Of a stretch of DNA of 64,000 bases, positions 1 to 10,381 are shown one piece after another. The position numbers were made by a program, and so were the translations under genes. Each line of letters opens with the position of its first letter. Position 1 is the first letter of the stretch. The stretch comes from Acidimicrobiales bacterium (GTDB lineage Bacteria; Actinomycetota; Acidimicrobiia; Acidimicrobiales; Bog-793), in contig JBEKEM010000003.1 in the NCBI GenBank assembly GCA_050013835.1, positions 73,710 through 137,709 on the forward strand, given 5' to 3'. The notes below the pieces were generated by a model that was not told the DNA's origin, did no database searches, and saw only the letters and a list, made by a program, of their open reading frames with translations.

Positions 1-501
1 ACAATGCCGGCTTCGGGCTGCTCGCCTCCGTCGACGCCGACCAACGCTTCTCCACCCTCACCGGTCCCCCGACCCCCGACGATCTCGACGAGCTGATCAC
101 CAGAGTTTGGAAGGAACCGGCGTTCTTCCTGGCCCATCCCCGCGCCATCGCGGCCTTCGGCCGCGAGTGCACGCGCCGCGGCGTCCCGCCGGCGACGGTG
201 AGCATCCACGGCTCGCAGTTCATCACCTGGCGCGGTCTGCCGATCGTCCCCTCCGACAAGGTACCGGTCGTCGGCGGGAGATCGAAGGTGCTCCTGCTGC
301 GGGTCGGCGAAGAGCGCCAGGGCGTGATCGGTCTGTATCAGCCGGGACTGGCTGGCGAACACTCGCCGGGGCTCTCGGTGCGCCACATGGGCATCAGCCG
401 CGATGGCGTCGCGTCCTACCTGATCTCGCTGTACTGCTCGCTCGCCGTTCTCACGCCTGACGCGCTCGCCGTGCTCGACGACGTGGAAGTCGACAAGTTC
501 C

Positions 502-527
<26 letters not shown>
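1..527 (+). CDS. Encapsulin shell protein, family 2A type, C-terminal part (5' partial, runs off window start)
   Basis: Frame 3 is open from nt 3 to the stop at 525-527; the track shows it only from the internal M at 198. The gene overlaps and sits directly upstream of a cysteine desulfurase with a long disordered N-terminus, which is the canonical family 2A shell-cargo arrangement. The shell assignment rests on context plus general sequence character, not on a search. Confidence 0.5.
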
Positions 528-2244
<1,717 letters not shown>

Positions 2245-2295
2245 CGCGTCGTTCTGCCGCGTGTGGCGAGGTCACGGAAGCGTCAAGATAGGGGC

Positions 2296-2856
2296 ATGCG
2301 GATCTCCTCCAAAGCCGACTACGCCATCCGGGCCGTCGTCGAGCTCGCCACGCTCGAGGACTCCTGGCCGGTGAAGGCGGAGACACTCGCCACGGCTCAG
2401 GACATCCCCGGGAAGTTCCTTTTGAACATCCTGTTCGAGCTGAAACGTGCCGGCATCGTCGCCAGTCAACGCGGCAACGAGGGCGGTTTCCGCCTCGGGC
2501 GCGCGGCGACGCAGATCAGCCTGGCCGACATCGTGCGCGCCGTCGAGGGGCCCCTCGCCCAAGTCGGCGACGTCCGCCCCGACCAGCTCGAGTACCGGGG
2601 CTCGGCCGAACCCCTGGTCGAGGTCTGGATCGCCGTGCGTGAGCACATCCGCACGATCCTCGAGTCGGTCTCGGTTGCCGACATCGCGACGCGCAACATC
2701 CCCCTCACCGTGCGGCTCATCACCGCCGACCCCGAGGTCTGGATGCCGCACACCCCGGGCACGGTCCCCGGACCCCAGGCCGTGCGGGTCGCCGGGTCGA
2801 CCTCCCGCACCCGCGGCGTCGTAACCTCCACGACCCGGATCCCCACGAGACGCTGA
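2296..2856 (+). CDS. Rrf2-family transcriptional regulator with Pro/Thr/Arg-rich C-terminal tail
   Basis: Begins MRISSKADYAIRAVVELA, the typical Rrf2 wHTH N-terminus. Start chosen at the internal ATG 2296, preceded by agggg. Confidence 0.85.
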   Translation: MRISSKADYAIRAVVELATLEDSWPVKAETLATAQDIPGKFLLNILFELKRAGIVASQRGNEGGFRLGRAATQISLADIVRAVEGPLAQVGDVRPDQLEYRGSAEPLVEVWIAVREHIRTILESVSVADIATRNIPLTVRLITADPEVWMPHTPGTVPGPQAVRVAGSTSRTRGVVTSTTRIPTRR

Positions 2857-2878
2857 CTCCCCGCAGCCAGCCCTCCCC

Positions 2879-3490
2879 CTAATGGGGGGCGGCGAAAGAC
2901 CAGACGACGGCGAAGTAACAGGCGCTCGCGACGACCACGATCGAGTGCCAGACCTCGTGGTAGCCGAAGACCTCGGGAACGGGGTCAGGCCACCGCACCG
3001 CGAGAACCCCGGCGCCGGCGCTGTACAGGAGCCCCATCGAGCCGACCAGGATGAACTGGGTCGTGCTCAGGTCATGGATCGCCGCGGGCAGGGTGACCGC
3101 AGGGAGCCATCCGACCAACAGGTAGGCCCAGGAGGTGAGACGAAGCGTCGCCTCGAACCGGATCGCGATTGTCACCACGGCGGCAGCTACCCCAAACCAT
3201 CCGAGGCCGAGCACGACGAGAGAGACCGTGCCGGGGACCCCGAGCAGACAGTACGGAGTGAAGCACGCCGCGATGAACACGTAGATCATCGCGTGGTCGG
3301 CCTTGCGCGCACGCCGGCGGGCGGCGGGCGACCAGGGCAACAGGTGGTAGCCGGCGCTCACGGCGTACAGCCCTACGAGAGCGAGCGCGTACAACCCCAC
3401 ACCTCCGCCGACGCCGTCTCGACAAACGAGAACGACACTGGCGGGAAGCGCCACAACAAGCGCCCCGAGATGGATGAGACCACGCCCCCG
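2879..3490 (-). CDS. Hemolysin III / PAQR-family membrane protein (5' end unresolved, possibly truncated)
   Basis: About 7 TM segments and conserved His motifs (KADHAMIYVFIA, GYHEVWHSIVV). No ATG, GTG or TTG occurs in roughly 60 codons upstream of the conserved RGxxH region. The upstream DNA encodes a transposase remnant on the other strand. Confidence 0.7.
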   Translation of the reverse strand, partial: RGRGLIHLGALVVALPASVVLVCRDGVGGGVGLYALALVGLYAVSAGYHLLPWSPAARRRARKADHAMIYVFIAACFTPYCLLGVPGTVSLVVLGLGWFGVAAAVVTIAIRFEATLRLTSWAYLLVGWLPAVTLPAAIHDLSTTQFILVGSMGLLYSAGAGVLAVRWPDPVPEVFGYHEVWHSIVVVASACYFAVVWSFAAPH

Positions 3491-3526
3491 GGGTGACTCG
3501 GCGCTGCCGGAGGGACGCTGCCGACG

Positions 3527-3790
3527 GTGCGTCGTTCGCCGGGGCCGATTCAGCTCGGTCTCTACCAGGACGTCGCCTTCGGTGAGACCGAGTGGTTCGC
3601 GCGCTGGAACAAACGCGACCGGGTGGAGGGCTCCTTTGGCACCCTGAAGGGCCTCGCCGTCACCAACTGGGGCCACGACTACCACCACTTCTTCGGGCTG
3701 GTCCGCGAGACACGGGTGGCTACCTTCGCCATCATCGCCCACAACGTACACATCCAGGCAGCTGGGGGGCTTTCGAGAACTCTTTGGCGA
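3527..3790 (+). pseudogene. Transposase C-terminal fragment (DDE-type remnant, family not assignable)
   Basis: The translation contains WNKRDRVEGSFGTLKG...FAIIAHNVHI, resembling the conserved R-x-VE-x-FG-x-LK C-terminal block of IS transposases. No N-terminal or catalytic part is present. Confidence 0.45.
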
Positions 3791-3809
3791 CCCATTCGAG
3801 AACGCCTGC

Positions 3810-3879
3810 TGGTAACGGGGGCGGGACTTGAACACGCGACCTTCGGGTTATGAGACCTATTCGGACCGTCCGCCCCGTT
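3810..3879 (-). pseudogene. Decayed tRNA-fMet-like copy (contains distal att repeat of the ICE)
   Basis: Minus strand reads AACGGGGCGGACGGTCCGAATAGGTCTCATAACCCGAAGGTCGCGTGTTCAAGTCCCGCCCCCGTTACCA. It has the CAT anticodon loop, a T-arm, an acceptor stem and an encoded CCA. The D/anticodon-stem region is 7 nt short and poorly paired. Confidence 0.6.
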
Positions 3880-3980
3880 TTCCACGGTCCTCCACAGTGG
3901 CCTAGATTTGCCATTCTACCTGGGCTTTTGCCTGCCTCTCGGCCCTGAACTGCGATTGGCCAACTTGCATGTTTCGGAGA

Positions 3981-4030
3981 TTTTTTGGGATTTTTTTGGG
4001 ATGACAACCTTCGGGTTCCGCCCCGAAGGT
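3981..4030 (+). promoter_or_regulatory. Putative integrase arm-type sites (2x TTTTGGGAT) plus 9-bp-stem hairpin
   Basis: ttttttgggatttttttgggatg at 3981-4003 closely matches tttttgggattgattttgggatg at 51755-51777, between int and the tRNA. It is followed by the hairpin accttcggg-ttccgc-cccgaaggt (4007-4030), whose left arm repeats 11 nt of the att core (accttcgggtt). Confidence 0.4.
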
Positions 4031-4714
4031 CGCTTGGACAGGCTCCGGAGAGGGGCCCAGTGTCTCCCTCCGGGCGCTCGACTGAGGATTTGCTCCAGCA
4101 GAGAAAGCACCCCGAACTCGGGCGCTCCGACCTCCAACCGTGAGACCACCAAGGTGCTCGGGCTCCCGTCCTCGTCCAGGGGAATGGTTTCCTCTCAATG
4201 AATCCACTTCTCGCGGAGGTCCCTACCATGACCACCGCATCCACAATTCGCAGTTGGCCCGAACGCCCCTCACGTCTACATTCAGCTCCAAGAGACTCTC
4301 GATCAGCTTGGCCGACTGGCTGATGTCCTACCTGCCTGACTCTCCCACCCGACGACCGTCTCCGCGAGCACGCCAAGGCCCGAGCTACTCGATCCGCTTT
4401 GAAGGTCGTTGTCGCTCGTCGCGCTGACCACGATCCCAGCCGGCGCCACTACTCGCACGCGGGCTGCGAGCGTCATCGACGTCTCCTCGTTGTTGCCGCC
4501 GAAGACGAGGGCGCCGGATCCTGGTACCGACGGGACGGTCTTTGCGGCTCATACGAGAAAGCGCGCGTCAGGAGAGATCTTGAGGCTTCTCCCGATTGGT
4601 TCCAGGCGAGCGCAAACTCAGGCGTCTCGCTCCGCTACGCGCCTGTGAGGATGTTCTCTGCGGGATCAAGCGGCTGTGCACCTGCCTTCGGCATAATCCG
4701 ACACTCCACTCCAT

Positions 4715-6238
4715 TCAACGCTCTGTCTTGTACAAAGACTCCACAAGCTCCCTGATGATCGGGTGCAGTGATCTGCACTTAGCCTCGCTGATTGTCCAGG
4801 TAGTCGCGCCCACGCTTGCGCGTCGGATCCCCTCCGCGGCGGCCATGGCTAGCTGTGGCGTCCGAATTCGTTGAAGTATCCCGATAGCAACATCTTGAAC
4901 GTGAAAGCGATTATGACTGGAACCCATTTCGAGAAGCGCGTACACGGAATCGCGCATCACGTCTTCATCATTCGCCACTTCAACCGCATTGTCGAGGAAG
5001 TCTGCGATGACATCGCAGAAGCCGAAGGGCCACTGCGTGTGCGCAACAGGATCTGCATAACGCCCTATTAGTGCTCGATACGACTCGGGATCTCGCTCCC
5101 AAAGTCGGGCCAGAGCATCTCTCGACATGCGGGGAATAGTCATGAGAAGGTCAGGCTCAAGACCTGGACCGATGAAGGCAAGGTCAAGCAAATCGTCCAA
5201 GGCAGAATCATCAGCCTCGTTGGCTGCCAAGCGCTTCGATAAGTCCGTGGCTCGGTCTTCGGGCGATGACCACTGCTCCTGGGCGGCCGCGAGTGTCTCG
5301 ATGGCTGCCAGCATCTCCTCAGCCGAGGAGTAGCGCTCACGCTCGCGCTGACGGGTCGCTCTTCGTACGACCGGAGTAAAGCGACCCTCGACGGCATCGA
5401 TATTGATCGGCAATTGACCTGTGACCAGGTGATGAAGCAACTTTCCTACGCTGAAGATGTCTGCAGGTGCCTCCGCGAACCTCGCTCTCTCCCATGCTTC
5501 AGGTGCCGAATAGAAGAACGTGCCAATCCCCTGCATGGTGGATGTCAACGCCGTGGTGGTCCGCTCAGCCTCCCGAGCCAAACCGAAATCTGAAATAGCC
5601 CAGTTGTCAGTCTGAAGGCGCAGAACGTTTGCCGGTTTGATGTCTCGGTGAAAGATGCCCTTCTTGTGGACATACGCGAGACCTGCCAAGAGTTGCCGCA
5701 TGATGTGGAGGATCTCGTCATCTTTTCCCACGTAACGATCAGCTTCGTCGGCGAGACTGCCCTTGGCTAACGGCATCGAGTACCAGAATGACCCGTGATC
5801 ATCCTCGCCAGCGTCCAGAATCGGAACGATGTTGGGATGCCGACAATCTCGAACCAGCCGAAGCTCGCGTTCAAATCTCCGACGGACTTCCGTATCGGTC
5901 AGGTCACGAAGAATCTTGATTGCGACCACGGGGTTGCTCGCCGAATCGACCTCGCTCATGTCCGACGCTCGATAGACATCTGCGAAGCCTCCGGAGTCCA
6001 GAGGCTCAGGGTCAAGCAAGTACTTACCGGCCAGAACGATGCGTTCTTGGGTTGGCCTTCCCGAGTTACGCCTCAACCCCGAGGTGTTCCACTGGACCAC
6101 GGCATCAAGGTCCCAGATCGGTCCAGCGGCGATCTCGCCGATTGGTTCTGGAATCCCTTTTGCCCTTCGCAGCTGGCTGACCCTGCCTCGTGATATACCC
6201 AGCTCAGCGGCGACTTCCTTCACTCCGCCTAGCCGCAT
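4715..6238 (-). CDS. Hanks-type Ser/Thr protein kinase with N-terminal HTH and ~190-aa helical C-terminal domain
   Basis: N-terminal VKEVAAELGISRGRVSQLRR (HTH). Kinase motifs VAIKIL, HRDIKPANVL, SDFGLA and YSAPEAW are all intact. The C-terminal domain is unrecognised. Confidence 0.85.
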   Translation of the reverse strand: MRLGGVKEVAAELGISRGRVSQLRRAKGIPEPIGEIAAGPIWDLDAVVQWNTSGLRRNSGRPTQERIVLAGKYLLDPEPLDSGGFADVYRASDMSEVDSASNPVVAIKILRDLTDTEVRRRFERELRLVRDCRHPNIVPILDAGEDDHGSFWYSMPLAKGSLADEADRYVGKDDEILHIMRQLLAGLAYVHKKGIFHRDIKPANVLRLQTDNWAISDFGLAREAERTTTALTSTMQGIGTFFYSAPEAWERARFAEAPADIFSVGKLLHHLVTGQLPINIDAVEGRFTPVVRRATRQRERERYSSAEEMLAAIETLAAAQEQWSSPEDRATDLSKRLAANEADDSALDDLLDLAFIGPGLEPDLLMTIPRMSRDALARLWERDPESYRALIGRYADPVAHTQWPFGFCDVIADFLDNAVEVANDEDVMRDSVYALLEMGSSHNRFHVQDVAIGILQRIRTPQLAMAAAEGIRRASVGATTWTISEAKCRSLHPIIRELVESLYKTER

Positions 6239-6413
6239 GGCTCATCACCCCCTGGGTAACCATTGACATCCGTTTAGGTTTCCGCAAGGATACCATCAAT
6301 GCCATTTAGACGTGGAGATGCCGGTGTGGCCTCCGTGCCCTGGCGTTACAGCCCCATCAGACAATGAATGCTTCCCAAGTGATGAGCATTCTCGGAATCG
6401 AATCGAGGCGCCG

Positions 6414-6686
6414 GTGACCGTAGAGATCACAGCAATTCATCTGGTAGGCGGGACACGACATGAGCACATTGCGTCGGTGCGTTGGGTGAACCCTTCGTCG
6501 CAAGAGACCGGTTCGTCAACGAGAGAGACGATGGTCGATTGGATCGAGAACAAAGGGGGAGCGGCATTCGTGACCGATGGTCAGAACACGGTGAGTGTTG
6601 CCGTCGTCGATGCCCACCCAAAGTATCTCCGCACGTATGCCGACGGTGTATGGACCGACAACTTACTTGCTCTTCCTCGATACTAA
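6414..6686 (+). CDS. DUF3892-like small protein
   Basis: Pattern ITAIHLVGGTRHEHIASVRW...TMVDWIENKGGAAFV...VVDAHPKYLRTYADGVWTDNLLALPRY matches my recollection of DUF3892. GTG start at 6414 follows gaggcg; the longer 6312 start is possible. Confidence 0.6.
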   Translation: MTVEITAIHLVGGTRHEHIASVRWVNPSSQETGSSTRETMVDWIENKGGAAFVTDGQNTVSVAVVDAHPKYLRTYADGVWTDNLLALPRY

Positions 6687-6699
6687 GGAGTGATCGGTC

Positions 6700-6999
6700 G
6701 TGAGCATGTTTCAGCAGCCACGACAGCCTAACTATTGGCGCTTCAAGGCGCAGTCCTGGCTCCGAGACGTTGAACAACACCGTCAACCGTACGGACTCGA
6801 CCTGGCAAGTGCCGCCCGGAACAACCAAGCCAGCTTCCCGAAGACCACCATTCTCGTTGCCCTCAGTCAGATCACCCGCACTTTGGCCAAGTGCTTCGTG
6901 ACAATGGTCATCCGGGATGCCGCTAAAGACCTCGGCTTCACCCTCAGCGACGCGGAGTTGAACGTTCTCGCGGATCGTCTTGCCTTCACCTCGGAGTGA
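6700..6999 (+). CDS. Hypothetical protein (99 aa)
   Basis: GTG start preceded by aaggag. It lies 14 nt downstream of the DUF3892 gene on the same strand. No recognisable motif. Confidence 0.45.
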   Translation: MSMFQQPRQPNYWRFKAQSWLRDVEQHRQPYGLDLASAARNNQASFPKTTILVALSQITRTLAKCFVTMVIRDAAKDLGFTLSDAELNVLADRLAFTSE

Positions 7000-7215
7000 T
7001 CGCACGCGTTGGCGTTGCTGAGGTGTCAGGTGCGGTGCCAAGGAAACCTCCCGGTCGAGTCAACTCACAGTCGTTGACTCACCGAGCTGTTGCGCGGATC
7101 CCTTGAGCCCGCCAACACTAAAGACCGCCCTCTTTTCACTCCTCACCTGTGCTCCCCCGGTCTCGGGGTTGACCATCCTCGGCGACATCGGGATATCGTG
7201 ATACCTTTCGGCATC

Positions 7216-7395
7216 ATGGTGGAGGCCGGCAACAAGGAAGCCAAGGAAACCCCTGAGAAATTCGTAAAGGTCCCCATTGGGTTGACCGAGGAGTTGTACG
7301 AATGGCTCAGGGACACGGCCTATCGGCGGCGGGTGTCGATGGCCCAGGTCGTTCGTGAAGCCCTGAGCGCTTACAAGATGAGGGGTGGCGAATGA
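7216..7395 (+). CDS. Ribbon-helix-helix (CopG-like) protein, possible RM controller
   Basis: KVPIGLTEELYEWLRDTAYRRRVSMAQVVREALSAY is a typical RHH beta-strand plus two helices. Its stop overlaps the vsr start (ATGA at 7392-7395). Confidence 0.6.
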   Translation: MVEAGNKEAKETPEKFVKVPIGLTEELYEWLRDTAYRRRVSMAQVVREALSAYKMRGGE

Positions 7396-7841
7396 CCGGG
7401 CCCCTAGAAGCATCGGTGACGGACCAGGATTCGTGGGCGTCGTCGCCTGCGGTGCGAAATGTGATGCTGGGCAACCGCAAACGCGACACCAAGCCGGAGC
7501 TGGCGGTGCGGCGAGCAGTGCATCGACGAGGCCTTCGCTATACGGTCGCCGCCCGGCCGCTCCCCCAGCTCGCGCGAACGGCCGATCTGGTCTTCAGGGG
7601 TGCGAAGGTGGCGGTCTTCGTCGACGGCTGCTTTTGGCACGGTTGCCCGGCTCACTACAAGCCGCCCCGGTCCAACTCGACGTATTGGTTGCCGAAGATC
7701 CAGCGCAACCAGGCTCGAGATCGCTCAGTCGACGAAGCTCTGCGGGGAGCCGGGTGGGGTGTCATACGGTTCTGGGAACATGAGGACCCTGAGAAGGTGG
7801 CCGCTGCTATCGCCAAGGCAGTCCAGAGGAGGAAAAGGTAG
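7392..7841 (+). CDS. vsr: Very-short-patch repair endonuclease Vsr
   Basis: DTKPELAVRRAVHRRGLRY, FVDGCFWHGCP and the WEHE C-terminal region are Vsr hallmarks. Confidence 0.9.
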   Translation: MTGPLEASVTDQDSWASSPAVRNVMLGNRKRDTKPELAVRRAVHRRGLRYTVAARPLPQLARTADLVFRGAKVAVFVDGCFWHGCPAHYKPPRSNSTYWLPKIQRNQARDRSVDEALRGAGWGVIRFWEHEDPEKVAAAIAKAVQRRKR

Positions 7842-8983
7842 TGTCGGCAAACAGTCGCACCAAGCCGCGCTCCAGGCCGGGTGGCCAAGGAAGGAGGCGG
7901 TCCTTGCGCGCAGTTAGCCTATTCGCCGGAGCGGGTGGTCTCGACCTTGGCGTAGAGGCGGCAGGGTACTCGGTCGTCTTCGCGGTCGAGAACGATGCAA
8001 CCGCGACTGAGACGTTGAACCGAAACCGCGAGATCTGGTTTCCATCGTTGCCAGAGACGAAACCCTTGGACATCACCACGCTCAATCCGAACGAGGTGAT
8101 GAGCGGTCTCGGTGTCGGACCAGGAGAGATTGACCTCCTGGTAGGCGGGCCTCCTTGCGTTGCTTTCTCGAAATCCGGGTTCCATTTGGAATACAAGCGG
8201 GAAGGACGCGATCCGCGTGCGAGCTTCCTGGATGACTATCTCCGCTTTCTGGATGCCCTAAGACCAGCCGCATTCATGATGGAGAATGTCTTTGGGCTTG
8301 CGTACCGCAACCACTCGGCTCCCTTCTTCGAGAGGTTGCGGTCGGGCGTGATGCGGCTCGGATACTCGTTTACCTACGAGGTCCTGAACGCAGCGGACTA
8401 CGGAGTCCCGCAGAACCGTCAACGCCTTTTCGTCATCGGTGCAAGAGACGGTCAACCGCTGGGCCATCCACTACCAACTCATTGGGGCGAGCATGAAAGG
8501 CGCAAGCCACCAAGCAATGTCGGTGCGCTGCTGCCGCATGTGACAGCCGGGGAGGCATTCAAGGGTCTCAGAACAACGCCTGAGCCGGAGGAGTCTGTGA
8601 ATGGCAAGTATGGGCACTTGCTCCCCGAGATCCCTCCTGGTGGAAACTATCTGCACTACACGGAGCATGAAGGTCACCCACATCCGCTGTTCGAGTGGCG
8701 ATCGCGGTACTGGACCTTCCTTCTGAAGCTCGATCCGAAGCGCCCAGCGACGACGCTCCAGGGTCAACCGGGCCCTTACGTTGGACCGTTCCATTGGAAG
8801 AATCGCCGGCTCCGCGTGCCTGAGCTTAAGCGCCTCCATGGATTCCCAGACGACTTCGAGCTCGCTGGTCGTCGTCGCGACATCCAGCTTCAGATCGGCA
8901 ATGCTGTCCCGCCACAACTCGGCAGGGTTGTGGCAGAGGCGATTCGCGACCAGCTCTGGAGCCAGTCGTCCCGAGATCGGTAG
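7841..8983 (+). CDS. dcm: DNA (cytosine-5)-methyltransferase
   Basis: C5-MTase motifs FAGAGGLDLG (I), GGPPCVAFSKSG (IV), MENV (VI), QNRQRLFVIG (VIII) and GNAVPP (X). The GTG start overlaps the vsr stop by 1 nt. Confidence 0.9.
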   Translation: MSANSRTKPRSRPGGQGRRRSLRAVSLFAGAGGLDLGVEAAGYSVVFAVENDATATETLNRNREIWFPSLPETKPLDITTLNPNEVMSGLGVGPGEIDLLVGGPPCVAFSKSGFHLEYKREGRDPRASFLDDYLRFLDALRPAAFMMENVFGLAYRNHSAPFFERLRSGVMRLGYSFTYEVLNAADYGVPQNRQRLFVIGARDGQPLGHPLPTHWGEHERRKPPSNVGALLPHVTAGEAFKGLRTTPEPEESVNGKYGHLLPEIPPGGNYLHYTEHEGHPHPLFEWRSRYWTFLLKLDPKRPATTLQGQPGPYVGPFHWKNRRLRVPELKRLHGFPDDFELAGRRRDIQLQIGNAVPPQLGRVVAEAIRDQLWSQSSRDR

Positions 8984-9042
8984 AGCGCAAGCGATGCCAC
9001 TGGAGCCATTCCCGACAGTCGCGGAAGAGGCTCCGGTGAAAG

Positions 9043-9942
9043 CTAGAGCCGCGGGTCAGGGATCTCGGCCATGACCCTGCGAGTGATCTGCGCCAGGACG
9101 TGCGGGATCCCTTGGTGGCGGCACTCGTTTGCAACCTCGCCCCAGGGCCTGGTCTCAGCCTCTACCGAGACGTGAACGTTCACCTCGGCGACGAACGTGC
9201 CAGTGCCAGCCCCCGGCACCCCAAGGCCTGGCACTCGCCGCGGCAGGCTGCGGAGAATGGCGAGAACTCGTTGGGCGCTGATGACGCGGAAGCTTGTCGA
9301 GCCGGGAGCGAGCGCCTTGAGCTCGTCCTCATGGGCGTCAAACAGCACATCGATATATCGATCCTGAGTTCTCTTGGCACCCACTCCGCCGTACCACGAG
9401 AACAGGTACCATCCAATCTCGAGGTCACCCTCGAGCGCATCCATGAACGCATCGACCTTATCTCGCAGGGTGAAGTCGACTAGGTCGACGTATACGAGCG
9501 TGGGCACGCGCTCGGAGGCGCCGATCGCTTTGTATGCGCTTATCGGTACGCAGTCCTCCGGCTCCAGGCCAACGGTGGTCTTCGCGTTGCGGAACAACGT
9601 GCTGGCGACCTTGACGTTGATCGGAAGCTCCTGCCCGTCGCGTTGGAGGCCATAGTCTCGGTTCTCGCCAGCCTCGTGGTAGTCAACGACAGTGAACCCG
9701 TCGGCTTCGAGTGGGGCAAGGTGCTGCTCACGGAAGACGCGCTCGGCGATGGTGCCTACGACTAGGTTCTGAAATGCCTGATTTCGACCCCTATTCGGCT
9801 CGGGCAGCGCCGGGACGTCGGGGTCGCTCATGGCGGCAGCTCGCAGCTCGTCGCCGATCGCCCATCCCTCCGTGATGCCCAAACTGTCCAGGGTGTCGAC
9901 GATTGAGCGCGCGGACAGACGCTGTATGTGCTCAAGATCCAT
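9043..9942 (-). CDS. Putative type II restriction endonuclease partner of the C5 methylase
   Basis: Convergent with and immediately downstream of dcm. It has a possible PD-(D/E)xK-like segment ENRDYGLQRDGQELPINVKV. The family is unrecognised. Internal ATG at 9942 (MDLEHIQRL) preferred over the 10041 start. Confidence 0.45.
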   Translation of the reverse strand: MDLEHIQRLSARSIVDTLDSLGITEGWAIGDELRAAAMSDPDVPALPEPNRGRNQAFQNLVVGTIAERVFREQHLAPLEADGFTVVDYHEAGENRDYGLQRDGQELPINVKVASTLFRNAKTTVGLEPEDCVPISAYKAIGASERVPTLVYVDLVDFTLRDKVDAFMDALEGDLEIGWYLFSWYGGVGAKRTQDRYIDVLFDAHEDELKALAPGSTSFRVISAQRVLAILRSLPRRVPGLGVPGAGTGTFVAEVNVHVSVEAETRPWGEVANECRHQGIPHVLAQITRRVMAEIPDPRL

Positions 9943-10096
9943 GGCTAGGCCGAGGTTAACCCGCCAGGCCGAAGTTGTGTATGAGCCACAGGTCAAATGA
10001 TGACTGGAGCGAGAACCGCGATCGGAGGTAGTTGCAAACATCTGCCAACTAGACGCGACGACCAGCTTCGTTCATGCTGCCGACAGGAGGCTATCC

Positions 10097-10381
10097 ATGA
10101 CCAAGTACGACGCCCTAACCGACTACCTGAACCAGCGCTGCGAGATCTCGTTCACCGTCAGCTTCGCCGAACTCGATCAGATCGTCGATCTGCCCGCTTC
10201 GGCGAAGAAGCACCGCGCCTGGTGGGCGAACAGCCGCAACTCCCAGCGGCATGCGAGTGCGTGGCTAGACGCCGGGTACAACGCGACGCCCGACTTCGTG
10301 ACCGGGAGAGTCCTGTTCGAGCGAGGTAGCGATCAGGGCCGCGGCATCGGCGGATCGAAACGGCCGAGGGGTTTCGCATGA
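10097..10381 (+). CDS. Hypothetical small protein (94 aa)
   Basis: Clean ATG ORF with normal amino-acid composition (MTKYDALTDYLNQR...). Function unknown. Confidence 0.5.
   Translation: MTKYDALTDYLNQRCEISFTVSFAELDQIVDLPASAKKHRAWWANSRNSQRHASAWLDAGYNATPDFVTGRVLFERGSDQGRGIGGSKRPRGFA

Noticed and set aside
3732-4376. 214-aa minus-strand ORF crossing the att/tRNA remnant
   Set aside because: It runs through the tRNA-like sequence and the arm repeats, has Arg/Ser/Gly-rich composition and no plausible start context.
6238-6414. TTGACA hexamer at 6264-6269 as a -35 promoter box for the DUF3892 gene
   Set aside because: No acceptable -10 hexamer at 16-19 bp spacing. This cannot be supported from sequence alone.
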